Positions 49,058 through 57,780 of a stretch of DNA of 64,000 nt are shown here, in pieces. The DNA comes from Candidatus Latescibacterota bacterium. Its GTDB lineage: Bacteria; Latescibacterota; UBA2968; UBA8231. The position numbers were made by a program, and so were the translations under genes. The notes beneath the pieces were generated by a model, which had not been told where the DNA came from, made no database searches, and saw only the letters and a program-made list of their open reading frames with translations. The DNA is taken from NCBI GenBank assembly GCA_965200315.1, contig OZ241362.1, forward strand, positions 4,512,001 through 4,576,000. Reading direction: 5' to 3'. How positions within the stretch are numbered: the first letter of the stretch is position 1; every line of letters begins with the position of its first letter.

Positions 49058-49898
49058 ATAGCTTTTCGACGACGAGGGTAGCGCGGCGTTGCACCCTTAG
49101 TTGACGGGCAGCATGGCCCTGATTGACCGCCACTTCCAACAGACCAGCGCTGCCGATCAAAGCAAGCGGTGCGCCCGGCTCGACATCCTCGTACGTGCGG
49201 CACAGTTCCGTAAGCACATGGTCCCCAAGGCGGAGGTGCAGCGCGGCACCCCAAGGCGCAATGTCGGCCGCCTCAATGTTGCTCACCAAGTTGCCAAATC
49301 TGTCGATGTAGATGATGTGGCCAGCGATGCGGTCAGCCGATCTACAAGGTGCGGATTCGGCCAAGCGCACCGGATCGGCCACTGGCGGACCGATGTCAGC
49401 AAGGTCTAAGCCGCGACAGAGGTGAGCCGCTAGCGGCGCGAAGAGGTCGCGGCCTTGGAAGGTGCTGCTCGGGTTGGACCGGCCGAGGCCGGGCCGGGCG
49501 ATCTCGTGTACCCGACTATCGGCGCGGTCGAGGACGAAGCTGAAGAGACCGTTGTCCGGCCCCACCCACAAGTGGCCGCTGCTGTGGAGAGCGAGGGGTC
49601 GGCGGCTGGTACCTACGCCGGGGTCGACGACGGCTAGATGCACGGTGCCGGGCGGGAACTCGCGTGCGGCGTGGCGCAGAACAAAGGCGGCGGCCAGCAC
49701 ATCTTGAGGCGGAATCTGGTGGGAAATATCCACGAGTTGGACTTCTGGTGAGATGCCCAAGATGACCCCCTTCATCGCGCCGACATAGTAATCGCCACCG
49801 CCGAAATCCGTCGTCAGGGTGACGATTGGGGCCGGACTCTGCCTGAGTTTATTCTGCATTTTACACGCATCCCTTCCGCTTTCCAAGTATAGCGACAT
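49056..49898 (-). CDS. SAM hydroxide adenosyltransferase / chlorinase-fluorinase (DUF62) family
   Basis: TLTTDFG..D.YVGAMKG, VVDPGVG, GPDNG, STFQGRDLFAP, DRFGN. Confidence 0.92.
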   Translation of the reverse strand: MSLYLESGRDACKMQNKLRQSPAPIVTLTTDFGGGDYYVGAMKGVILGISPEVQLVDISHQIPPQDVLAAAFVLRHAAREFPPGTVHLAVVDPGVGTSRRPLALHSSGHLWVGPDNGLFSFVLDRADSRVHEIARPGLGRSNPSSTFQGRDLFAPLAAHLCRGLDLADIGPPVADPVRLAESAPCRSADRIAGHIIYIDRFGNLVSNIEAADIAPWGAALHLRLGDHVLTELCRTYEDVEPGAPLALIGSAGLLEVAVNQGHAARQLRVQRRATLVVEKL

Positions 49899-49996
49899 AG
49901 TCCATTTGCCGCTTGCGTTCCTCTGTTGATAGCACGCGGTTCGGGCCTTAGATTTGCCACGCCCATCCTGCCTTTTGGAGCGAAAGGAAGATCGCC

Positions 49997-50598
49997 ATGG
50001 CCGTCAAAAGCCACATTGAGATAGCGCCCGGCCTCAAGGTCGCGGCCCAGATGTCCCCAGAGCCGAGCGACGAGGAGATGGCCTTTGTGCGGCAAATGGG
50101 CGTAGAATACGCCGTGACTTGGATCGATTCGGCCAAGGCCAGCCCCGAGTACTATCGCAGCCGCCGGGAGCACTTTGCCCGCGGCGGCATCCAGCTCTAC
50201 GGCTTGGGCAATAGCAGCGTCCACAACGTGGATGCGATCACCCTCAACCTGCCCAACCGCGACGAGAAAGTAGAAGAGTACAAGGCGCACATCCGCAACT
50301 TGGGCCAAGCCGACATTCCCTATACGACGTATGCCCACATGGCCAATAGCGTGTGGAGCACGCCGCCGGAAGAGACCCGCGGCGGCTCGCGGGCGCGGGC
50401 CTTTGACCTAGCGCGGCTCACCGAGGCTTCCGGCGGCGGTTTTACCGGCGAGGGGCTGACGCACGGCCGCGCATACACCGAGGAAGAGCTGTGGGACAAC
50501 TCATCCCGCAGATGGGCGACGACGGGCGGCTGGGCACGGCTTACATACTGGCGTATATGCGCGCCCTGCAAAAGAGGGCCGAAGAAGAAGTAAGGTGA
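49997..50598 (+). pseudogene. Mannonate dehydratase-like gene with a large internal deletion
   Basis: N-part ...HGRAYTEEELWDN joins at ~50499, out of frame, to the C-terminal IPQMGDDGRLGTAYILAYMRALQKRAEEEVR*; the central HPDDP-type region is absent. Confidence 0.75.
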
Positions 50599-50651
50599 TG
50601 ACTGCAATCGAGCTAGGCACTTGCCACTGAATTTTCTCAAAGGAGCTAGAC

Positions 50652-51464
50652 ATGCTAAACAAGGATCAGGTGGCGCATTATCGCGAACAGGGCTACCTCA
50701 AAGTCCCCCAGCTTTTCGCGCCCGAGGAGACCGCAGAGCTGGCCTCGGAGATGGTGCGCGTCATCGAGCAATGGGGGCAGGAGACGATCGGCTGGGGCGG
50801 CCCTTGGCGCGATCACTACCTCGACGAAGAAGACCGGCTCAACACGCGGGCCGTCTTCATGCACAACCCGCACTTTTACTCGGCTGCTTGGGGCCGCGTC
50901 CTCTTCCACGAGGCCATGATCGCCTGCGTGCGGCAGCTCATCGACGGCCCAGTGCAGTGGCACCACACGGTCCTGCATGCCAAGCCGCCGGAGAAAGGTA
51001 CGCCCTTCCCCATGCACCAAGACTATCCGTTCTACCCGCACGACGGCCCGGATTTTGTCGATTGCTTATTGCACTTAGACGACACGCCGCTGGAGAGCGG
51101 TGCGCTGATGGTCGTGCCGGGCAGCCACAAACAAGGGCCGCTGGAACACGTGCTGGGGCCGGAAACCGCCCCGCACCTGCCGCCCACCCAGTACCACCCC
51201 GATCAACTCGACAGCGTGGCCGTGCCGGCAGAACGCGGCGACATGATCTTCTTTAGCTACCAGACGATCCACTGGTCGGATTGCAACCGCACGGATTCTT
51301 GGCGCAAGTCCGTGCGCTTTGGCTATCACAGCACGGCACTGCGGCCGGTGGGGCGCGCTGAGGACAACCCACATCGCATCGACCGAGACAACGTGCTGGA
51401 GCGCAACAACAACATCGTCGTGGCCGGATTTCGAGACAACGACCTAGAGCCAGCGGCCAGCTAA
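50652..51464 (+). CDS. Phytanoyl-CoA dioxygenase (PhyH) family 2OG-Fe(II) oxygenase
   Basis: YREQGYL, KPP, HQD, LMVVPGSH, GD.IFF...IH.S..N. Confidence 0.9.
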   Translation: MLNKDQVAHYREQGYLKVPQLFAPEETAELASEMVRVIEQWGQETIGWGGPWRDHYLDEEDRLNTRAVFMHNPHFYSAAWGRVLFHEAMIACVRQLIDGPVQWHHTVLHAKPPEKGTPFPMHQDYPFYPHDGPDFVDCLLHLDDTPLESGALMVVPGSHKQGPLEHVLGPETAPHLPPTQYHPDQLDSVAVPAERGDMIFFSYQTIHWSDCNRTDSWRKSVRFGYHSTALRPVGRAEDNPHRIDRDNVLERNNNIVVAGFRDNDLEPAAS

Positions 51465-51486
51465 ACCTGCGCTGAGGACGATTCTG

Positions 51487-52533
51487 ATGACAGCAAAAGA
51501 CGCGAGCGAAGTCGGCCTGATGCACGAGGCCAACGATGCCCTCGGCGACAGCACCGAGCTGCGGCGGCGACTGGACGAACAAGGGTACATCTTCTTGCGG
51601 CAGGTCATGGCCAAAGACAAGCTGCTATCCCTGCGGCAGGAGATGACGGAAGTGCTGATGGAGGCCGGATGGTTAGTCGCCGGCACCGATCCCATGGACG
51701 GCATTGCGCGAATCGACGCGCAGTGTACCGAAGGCGATCCTGAATACGCCGAGATATATCACCGGGTGTACAGCTTGGAGGCCTTCCACCAAGCCGGGCA
51801 TTGGCCGGAGGTCTTAGCCGTGATGGCGCAAGTCGTCGGTGCCCCGGTGCTGCCGCATCCCCAAAAGATCGCCCGGCTGTGGTTTCCCCAATATACCGAG
51901 CACACCACGCCCATGCACCAAGACTTCGTCCACTTCCAAGGCAGCTTCAACACCTACACCTTCTGGGCACCCGTAGGCGATTGCCCGCTGGAGCTAGGGG
52001 GCTTGGCGGTGCTGCCCGAATCTCACAAGATCGGCAAGGTGCGCGAGCACCACTTCTCGCTGGGGGCCGGCGGCTTGGCCGTAGAAGAATCCGCGCTGAC
52101 CGGGTGCTGGCTCAGTGCCAATTACGAAGCCGGCGACGCGCTAATTTTTCCGAGCCTGACCGTCCACCAAGCCCTGCCCAACTACACGGAAGATCGCCTG
52201 CGCATTTCACTCGACAACCGCTATCAGGCTCAGGACGAGCCGATTGCGCGGCACATGCTGGAGCCGCACCTGATCGGGGTGACCGGCTTTAACTGGGAGG
52301 CCTGCTACACGGGCTGGCAAAGCGAAGCCTTGCAGTACTACTGGCAGGACTTAGCTATAGAGGTAGTGCCGCAGTTGTCCTGCTGGGGCGATCAAGGGTT
52401 TGCCGAGGCCCTGTCCTTAGCGCGGGATGGCGACGAGCGGGCCTTGTACCAATTGCGGCGCATTGCGCGGCGCGATCCCGAGTCCGAGCGCGGGCAACAG
52501 GCTCTCCAACTCCTACACGAGGTAAATGTATGA
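51487..52533 (+). CDS. PhyH family dioxygenase
   Basis: QGYIFLR, TPMHQDF, GGLAVLPESH, GDALIF..LTVH...N...RISLDNRY. Confidence 0.9.
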   Translation: MTAKDASEVGLMHEANDALGDSTELRRRLDEQGYIFLRQVMAKDKLLSLRQEMTEVLMEAGWLVAGTDPMDGIARIDAQCTEGDPEYAEIYHRVYSLEAFHQAGHWPEVLAVMAQVVGAPVLPHPQKIARLWFPQYTEHTTPMHQDFVHFQGSFNTYTFWAPVGDCPLELGGLAVLPESHKIGKVREHHFSLGAGGLAVEESALTGCWLSANYEAGDALIFPSLTVHQALPNYTEDRLRISLDNRYQAQDEPIARHMLEPHLIGVTGFNWEACYTGWQSEALQYYWQDLAIEVVPQLSCWGDQGFAEALSLARDGDERALYQLRRIARRDPESERGQQALQLLHEVNV

Positions 52534-54005
52534 AGGCAATTATAGTTATGTTCGACTCGCTCAACCGTCACATGTTGCCGCCCTACGGCTGCGATTGGAC
52601 GCACGCGCCCAATTTCCAGCGGCTCGCCGAGCGGTCGCTCACTTTCGACACCAGCTACGTCTGCTCCATGCCGTGCATGCCAGCCCGCCGCGACTTGCAC
52701 ACCGGGCGGCCCAACTTTCTCCACCGCTCTTGGGGGCCGCTGGAGCCTTTTGACGACTCTGTGCCGCGGATGCTGCGCGACTCTGGAGTTTCGTCGCACC
52801 TCATCAGCGACCACTACCACTACTGGGAGGCCGGCGGGGCCACCTACCACACCCAGTACAGCACTTGGCAGTTCTTCCGCGGCCAAGAGGGCGATCCGTG
52901 GATCGGACAGGTGGCCGATCCGCCGCCCGTAGAGGCGTACGCGAGCAATGCGGGCCGCAGCGCATGGCATCGCCAAGACCACGTCAACCGGCAATACATG
53001 CGCCGCGAGGAAGACCAACCCCAAGCGCAGACCTTTGAGGCCGGCGTCGAATTCATCCGTCGCAACCACGCAGAAGACAACTGGTTTTTGCAGATAGAAA
53101 CCTTTGATCCGCACGAGCCGTTTTTCACCCAACGCCAATACCAAGACCTCTACCCAGCGCTTTTTAAGAACCGCTCGTCCGTGCTGTTCGACTGGCCGAC
53201 CTACGGCCCGGTGACCGAAGAGCAAGCCCTCGTCGATCAATGCCGGGGCCACTACGCATCGCTGCTGAGTATGTGCGACGCCCGCCTTGGCGACATCCTC
53301 GACGAGATGGATCGCCTCTCGCTGTGGGACGACACCATGCTCGTGGTGTGGACCGACCACGGCTTCCTGCTCAGCGAGCACGACCTGTGGGCCAAGGTGC
53401 AGATGCCTTGGTACCGCGAGCTGTCCAACACGCCGTTCTTCGTTTGGGATCCGCGCTGCGGCCAAGCGGGCCAGCGGCGTCAGAGCTTGGTACAACCGTC
53501 GATCGACTTAGGGCCGACCTTGCTGGACCTCTTCGGAATGGAGCCGACCTCAGACATGCTGGGCCAGAGCCTGCGCCAAGTCTGCGCCAGCGACACACCC
53601 ATGCGCGAGGCCGCGATTTTCGGCAACCACGGCGGGCAGGTGAATGTCACCGATGGCCGCTACGTGTACATGCGCGCGCCCACCCAGCCCGACAACCAGC
53701 CCCTGTACAACTACACGCTCATGCCCACGCACATGCGCGACCTATTCTCAGTCGATGAATTCGCCAACGTGGAGCTGGCCGAGCCGTTTGGTTTTAGCAA
53801 GGGCTGTCGGCTGCTGCGGACGCAAGGACACACGCGGAGCAAGCAGCACGAATACGGGACTCTGCTCTTTGACCTAGAGCAAGACCCGCGCCAAGAAAAC
53901 CCGCTCTCTGACGCGGCGTTGGAGCAGCGAATGCAGGGGCTGTTGCGTGCGCAGATGGAAGCATGCGAAGCTCCGCCAGAGCAATACGAACGCTTGGGAA
54001 TCTAA
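52530..54005 (+). CDS. Cys-type sulfatase
   Basis: MFDSLNR, SMPCMPARR (CxPxR), FDPHEPF, TDHG. Confidence 0.92.
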   Translation: MKAIIVMFDSLNRHMLPPYGCDWTHAPNFQRLAERSLTFDTSYVCSMPCMPARRDLHTGRPNFLHRSWGPLEPFDDSVPRMLRDSGVSSHLISDHYHYWEAGGATYHTQYSTWQFFRGQEGDPWIGQVADPPPVEAYASNAGRSAWHRQDHVNRQYMRREEDQPQAQTFEAGVEFIRRNHAEDNWFLQIETFDPHEPFFTQRQYQDLYPALFKNRSSVLFDWPTYGPVTEEQALVDQCRGHYASLLSMCDARLGDILDEMDRLSLWDDTMLVVWTDHGFLLSEHDLWAKVQMPWYRELSNTPFFVWDPRCGQAGQRRQSLVQPSIDLGPTLLDLFGMEPTSDMLGQSLRQVCASDTPMREAAIFGNHGGQVNVTDGRYVYMRAPTQPDNQPLYNYTLMPTHMRDLFSVDEFANVELAEPFGFSKGCRLLRTQGHTRSKQHEYGTLLFDLEQDPRQENPLSDAALEQRMQGLLRAQMEACEAPPEQYERLGI

Positions 54006-54019
54006 TACAGGAGAACACT

Positions 54020-55921
54020 ATGCAGAGTCCGGCGCAAAAAGCCATCGTCATCGGCATGGACGGAGCTGCCATGGAGTTGGTGCAACACATGGTGGATCAA
54101 GGGCACATGCCCCACTTGGGGCAACTCATGGCGCGGGGTGTCAAGCGGCCCATGATCGGCGTCTTTCCCACCCTGACGCCACCCGGCTGGACGGCCACTT
54201 CGACCGGGGCTTGGGCGGGGACCCATCAGGTCATGGACTTCAATATCCGCAAGCTCGGCGGGCGTCTCGACGAGACCGTGTGGGGCATCAACACCGCGCT
54301 TTCGCAGGCCGAGTATATGTGGAACACGGTCGAGCGGGCGGGCAAAAAGCCGATCTTGGTCAAGTGGGAGATGTCTTGGCCGCCGACCGTGCAAACCGGC
54401 ATCCAAGTTGAGGGCACCGGCCCGGGCGTGTCCAATGTACACCAGATCACCGGCTACCATCTCTTTGTCGGTGGCGGCTGGACGCCCCGGCCAATCGGCG
54501 GGCCGCGCGACCCGGAGACGTTGGACCCGAGCGCCTTGCAAAAGGTGCGCAACGTCGATCCAGTGGAGATCGTCCCAGCCGAGGGATGGCAGGATGCGCC
54601 CGCATCCTCGCTGCCGCCCAAAGAAGTGGCCCTAGTCATCGAGCCACTCAAGCGCGGGCGGGCGGATATGCTCCGACAAGGCCGAGAAGGGACGCCAAAG
54701 CATTTCTACGGCCTGATATACGCTTCATCCGACAAGGGCTACGACCGGCTGCTAATCTGCCGCAGCCGCGCTGCGGGTGATCGAGTCGCCGAGCTGGCGG
54801 TGGGCCAATGGACCGAGTGGTGGAAGGACCGCTTTGAAATTGACGGCCAAACGCTTGACGGCTACGTGCGCATGAAGCTCGTCAGCCTGAGCGCAGCAGG
54901 CGATGTGTTTGAGCTCTTTGTACCCCAAGTCTGGCCGGCGACCGGCTATACGCAGCCGGCGGAAGTGGCGCAGCAGATTGACGAACACGTCGGCAATTTC
55001 TTGCAGAATCCGGCACGGGACGCTTTGGGCGTAGTCGATGACGACACCTATTTCGAGCTGTTGGACTTCCACCACCAGCGGTTGGCCGATGTCGCTTCTT
55101 ACCTAACCGAGAGCAACGACTGGGACGTGCTGTTCATCGAGACCCACGCCTCGGATTACACCAGCCACTTCTTCCTCTCGCAAGCCGACGAGTGCAGCGG
55201 GGCCGACGCGCACACGCTAGCGCGTTGTCAAGCGGGCGTAGCCGAGACCTACGCCTCCATAGACCGCATGATCGGCCGCGTCGTCGCGCTAGCCGACGAC
55301 GACACCGTCGTCGCAATCGTCTCCGATCACGGCGGCACCCCCAACCAACACCGGCCGGTCGATATCGCCGAGGTGTTGCAACAGACGGGCTTTTTGGTCT
55401 ATGCAGACGCAGCCAAAAAGCAGATCGACTGGCAGCAGACGCGGGCGGCCAATGTGGGGCTGGTCCACATCTTCGTCAATCTCAAGGGACGCGAGCCTAC
55501 GGGGATCGTCGATCCTAGCGACTACGAGCAAACGCGGCTCGACCTCATCGAAGCCCTCCACGCCTATCGCCATCCCCAGACCGGACGCGCTCCCTTTGCC
55601 CTCGCCCTGACGCGGGAAGACGCGGAGATGGTCAACCTGTCCGGCGAACTCGTTGGCGACGTGGTCTATGCGCTGCGGCCCGAATACGATGGCGCACACG
55701 GCAAGCAACTCCCCTCGGCTACCCTCGGCATCGGCGGGCAGCACTGCACATTCGTGCTGGCTGGCGCCGGCGTAAAGCAAGGGCTGGCACTCGAGCGGCA
55801 GGTGCGGGCGGTGGATGTCGCACCGACGCTGTGCTATTTGTTGGGCATCCCCATGCCCGCGCAGGTGGAGGGCGGCGTGATTTACGAGGCGCTCGAAGAC
55901 GCGGACTGGCATCTGCGATGA
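54020..55921 (+). CDS. Alkaline-phosphatase-superfamily nucleotide pyrophosphatase/phosphodiesterase
   Basis: VIGMDGA, PTLTPPGW, VSDHG, VNLKGREP.G.V, VDVAPTL; AGGAG RBS before ATG 54020. Confidence 0.88.
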   Translation: MQSPAQKAIVIGMDGAAMELVQHMVDQGHMPHLGQLMARGVKRPMIGVFPTLTPPGWTATSTGAWAGTHQVMDFNIRKLGGRLDETVWGINTALSQAEYMWNTVERAGKKPILVKWEMSWPPTVQTGIQVEGTGPGVSNVHQITGYHLFVGGGWTPRPIGGPRDPETLDPSALQKVRNVDPVEIVPAEGWQDAPASSLPPKEVALVIEPLKRGRADMLRQGREGTPKHFYGLIYASSDKGYDRLLICRSRAAGDRVAELAVGQWTEWWKDRFEIDGQTLDGYVRMKLVSLSAAGDVFELFVPQVWPATGYTQPAEVAQQIDEHVGNFLQNPARDALGVVDDDTYFELLDFHHQRLADVASYLTESNDWDVLFIETHASDYTSHFFLSQADECSGADAHTLARCQAGVAETYASIDRMIGRVVALADDDTVVAIVSDHGGTPNQHRPVDIAEVLQQTGFLVYADAAKKQIDWQQTRAANVGLVHIFVNLKGREPTGIVDPSDYEQTRLDLIEALHAYRHPQTGRAPFALALTREDAEMVNLSGELVGDVVYALRPEYDGAHGKQLPSATLGIGGQHCTFVLAGAGVKQGLALERQVRAVDVAPTLCYLLGIPMPAQVEGGVIYEALEDADWHLR

Positions 55922-56063
55922 AAGCAGCCTACTACTGCGGCGGCCGCACGGTCGAAATCGGCGCGTGCCGCATACAATCCCCTAGCACCGGCGAGGTGCG
56001 GATCGAAGTGGCCTATTGCGGGGTGTGCGGCACGGATATCCACATTAAACCGGAGAGATAGAC

Positions 56064-56327
56064 ATGAATACGAAGAGGAGAAAAGGATTCGGGGGCTTGG
56101 GAATCGGATTTTGGAGCGTAGGCTTCGTCTTGATAGCGTGGGGTGTTACCGAGGGGCCGGGGTGGACGAGTGATACGGGTTTTTCAATATGGATGCTCCT
56201 AAGCCTTTGGGCCTTGTGGGGCTTCGCCTCTAACAGAAAAGGGGAAAATTGGAACACAAAATACGAAGCGAGAAAAAAGGCCCAACAGAAGGCCCGAGAG
56301 AAGAATAAGAGAGTAGGCCTAAAATAG
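56064..56327 (+). CDS. Small hypothetical membrane protein (2 TM, Lys-rich tail)
   Basis: 87-aa lower-GC ORF with GGAG RBS, followed by a strong hairpin. Confidence 0.55.
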   Translation: MNTKRRKGFGGLGIGFWSVGFVLIAWGVTEGPGWTSDTGFSIWMLLSLWALWGFASNRKGENWNTKYEARKKAQQKAREKNKRVGLK

Positions 56328-56347
56328 CAGTGGACCGCGGCAAAACG

Positions 56348-56390
56348 AAAAAGGGACGCGCCGGCATTTACGCCGGCGCGTCCACTTTTT
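56348..56390. terminator. Bidirectional intrinsic terminator
   Basis: AAAAAG-GGACGCGCCGGC-ATTTAC-GCCGGCGCGTCC-ACTTTTT (12-bp perfect stem). Confidence 0.8.
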
Positions 56391-56452
56391 GGGGAGCTGA
56401 CAGCGGGCACGGACGCGGTCAAAAATTTTAATCGACACTCAAGGAACATAGC

Positions 56453-57220
56453 ATGAACATCCTAGATCTTTTCAAGCTCGACGGCCAGACGGCGCTGGTC
56501 ACTGGGTGCCGCCGCGGCATCGGGCGCGGGTTCGCGCAAGCATTGGCCGAGGCCGGAGCGGATATCGTCGGCGTCAGTGCCTCACTTGAAGCAGATTCCA
56601 AAGTCGGCCAAGACATTGCCGACCTCGGCAAGCGCTTCACAGGATACGCCTGCGATTTCAGCGACCGGTCGGCCGTTCGCGCTTTCGTCGAGCAAGTCAA
56701 CGCCGAAGTTGGCCCAATCGACATCCTCATCAACAACGCCGGGACCATTCGGCGCGCTCCGGCTGAAGAACATGAAGACGACGACTGGGACCACGTCATT
56801 GAGGTCAACTTAAACGCCCAGTTCGTGCTGGCGCGGGAATTCGGCAAGCAGATGCTCTCTCGCGGCGCGGGCAAGATCGTCTTCACCGCTTCGGTGCTGA
56901 CCTTCCAAGGCGGGATCACCGTGCCGGGCTACGCCGCGGCCAAGGGCGGGATCGGGCAGTTGACCATGGCGCTGGCCAATGAGTGGGCCGGTCGCGGGGT
57001 CAACGTCAATGCCATTGCCCCCGGCTATATCGCCACCGACAACAATCAGGCCCTGCGCGACGATCGAGTGCGCAACGAGCAGCTACTGGTGAGAATCCCA
57101 GCGGGCCGGTGGGGTGCGCCAGACGACCTAAAGGGCGCGGTGGTGTGGCTGTCGTCGCGGGCGGCTGACTATGTGCATGGGGCTATCGTGATCGTCGATG
57201 GCGGGTGGATGGGGCGGTAG
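56453..57220 (+). CDS. kduD: 2-dehydro-3-deoxy-D-gluconate 5-dehydrogenase-like SDR
   Basis: TGCRRGIG, NNAGTIRR, ASVLTFQGGITVPGYAAAKGG, NAIAPGYIATDN. Confidence 0.88.
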   Translation: MNILDLFKLDGQTALVTGCRRGIGRGFAQALAEAGADIVGVSASLEADSKVGQDIADLGKRFTGYACDFSDRSAVRAFVEQVNAEVGPIDILINNAGTIRRAPAEEHEDDDWDHVIEVNLNAQFVLAREFGKQMLSRGAGKIVFTASVLTFQGGITVPGYAAAKGGIGQLTMALANEWAGRGVNVNAIAPGYIATDNNQALRDDRVRNEQLLVRIPAGRWGAPDDLKGAVVWLSSRAADYVHGAIVIVDGGWMGR

Positions 57221-57222
57221 TT

Positions 57223-57420
57223 GTGGAAACGTCCGACATTTTGGCATTCTGGGGCAAGACGCTGCGTGGTTGCGGAAATTCTTCGGAGACCGCAGACGGG
57301 CAACCTAGCTACAAGCCCGTCTTACATCATTTAATGGATGTCGCCGCCGTTGCCCTGCGATGGCAGCAATTGAATCCTGCCCGTCTTGAGCGCGAGGCCA
57401 GTGTGCTTGGCCAAGCTCGC
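57223..57420 (+). pseudogene. cas3: 5' stub of type I-E cas3 (start of HD domain)
   Basis: FWGKT...YKPVLHHLMDVAAVA resembles the Cas3'' N-terminus (WxK...H..DVAAVA); stops after ~65 codons, directly before the CRISPR repeats. Confidence 0.75.
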
Positions 57421-57430
57421 GTCTTTACTT

Positions 57431-57569
57431 GTGTTCCCCGCACACGCGGGGATGAACCGGTTTCAAACTCAAATCCTGCGTCATTGGCAGCGTGTTCCCC
57501 GCACACGCGGGGATGAACCGGGCACGGTCAAACTCGGTGTCCGTCAGGTCCTGTGTTCCCCGCACACGC
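57431..57569 (+). CRISPR. Type I-E CRISPR remnant: 2 full repeats, 1 truncated repeat, 2 spacers
   Basis: GTGTTCCCCGCACACGCGGGGATGAACCG at 57431-57459 and 57492-57520; first 17 nt at 57553-57569; two 32-nt spacers. Confidence 0.93.
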
Positions 57570-57698
57570 CGTTGGGCGTGAGCAACCAACGTTTGATCGG
57601 GTTTTGATTTTGGGCACTAAACGGCCATTTCGATCTAAAAATATCTTGTAAAAACAAAAAGTTACGGCTATTTTCAAACGGTTGTTCGAGATTTGATT
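57568..57698 (+). repeat. Tripartite motif copy A (gene-end remnant, box, AT-rich core, box)
   Basis: GTTTGATCGGGTTTTGATT 57591-57609; TAAAAATATCTTGTAAAAACAAAAAGTTA 57636-57664; GGTTGTTCGAGATTTGATT 57680-57698. Confidence 0.85.
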
Positions 57699-57780
57699 TC
57701 CGTACAGCAAGAAGAATATCCATGAGCAACATGGCGCAATCCGGCCACACCGCCCACCAGACAGAATCGCAGACAAACCA

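Larger units (their letters stand above)
55918..56451 (+). pseudogene. Zn-dependent alcohol/sugar dehydrogenase remnant with its middle replaced by foreign DNA
   Basis: N-terminus MKAAYYCG...VRIEVAYCGVCGTDIHI (55918-56046) and C-terminus FGELTAGTDAVK/ILIDTQGT* (56388-56451, one extra A) flank an unrelated segment. Confidence 0.75.

Noticed and set aside
57205-57516. 103-aa ORF as a genuine gene
   Set aside because: It is the cas3 stub reading through repeat 1 and spacer 1 (CVPRTRGDEP is translated repeat).
57521-57552. Spacer 2 shares CGGTCAAAC with the reverse complement of box 2 (59344-59352), suggesting self-targeting
   Set aside because: Only 9 nt match, which is expected by chance in 64 kb; I saw no full protospacer in the window.
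57591-57698. Tripartite motif as an integron attC site or CRISPR leader
   Set aside because: It lacks the RYYYAAC/GTTRRRY inverted ends, no integrase is present, and copy B has no adjacent CRISPR repeat.
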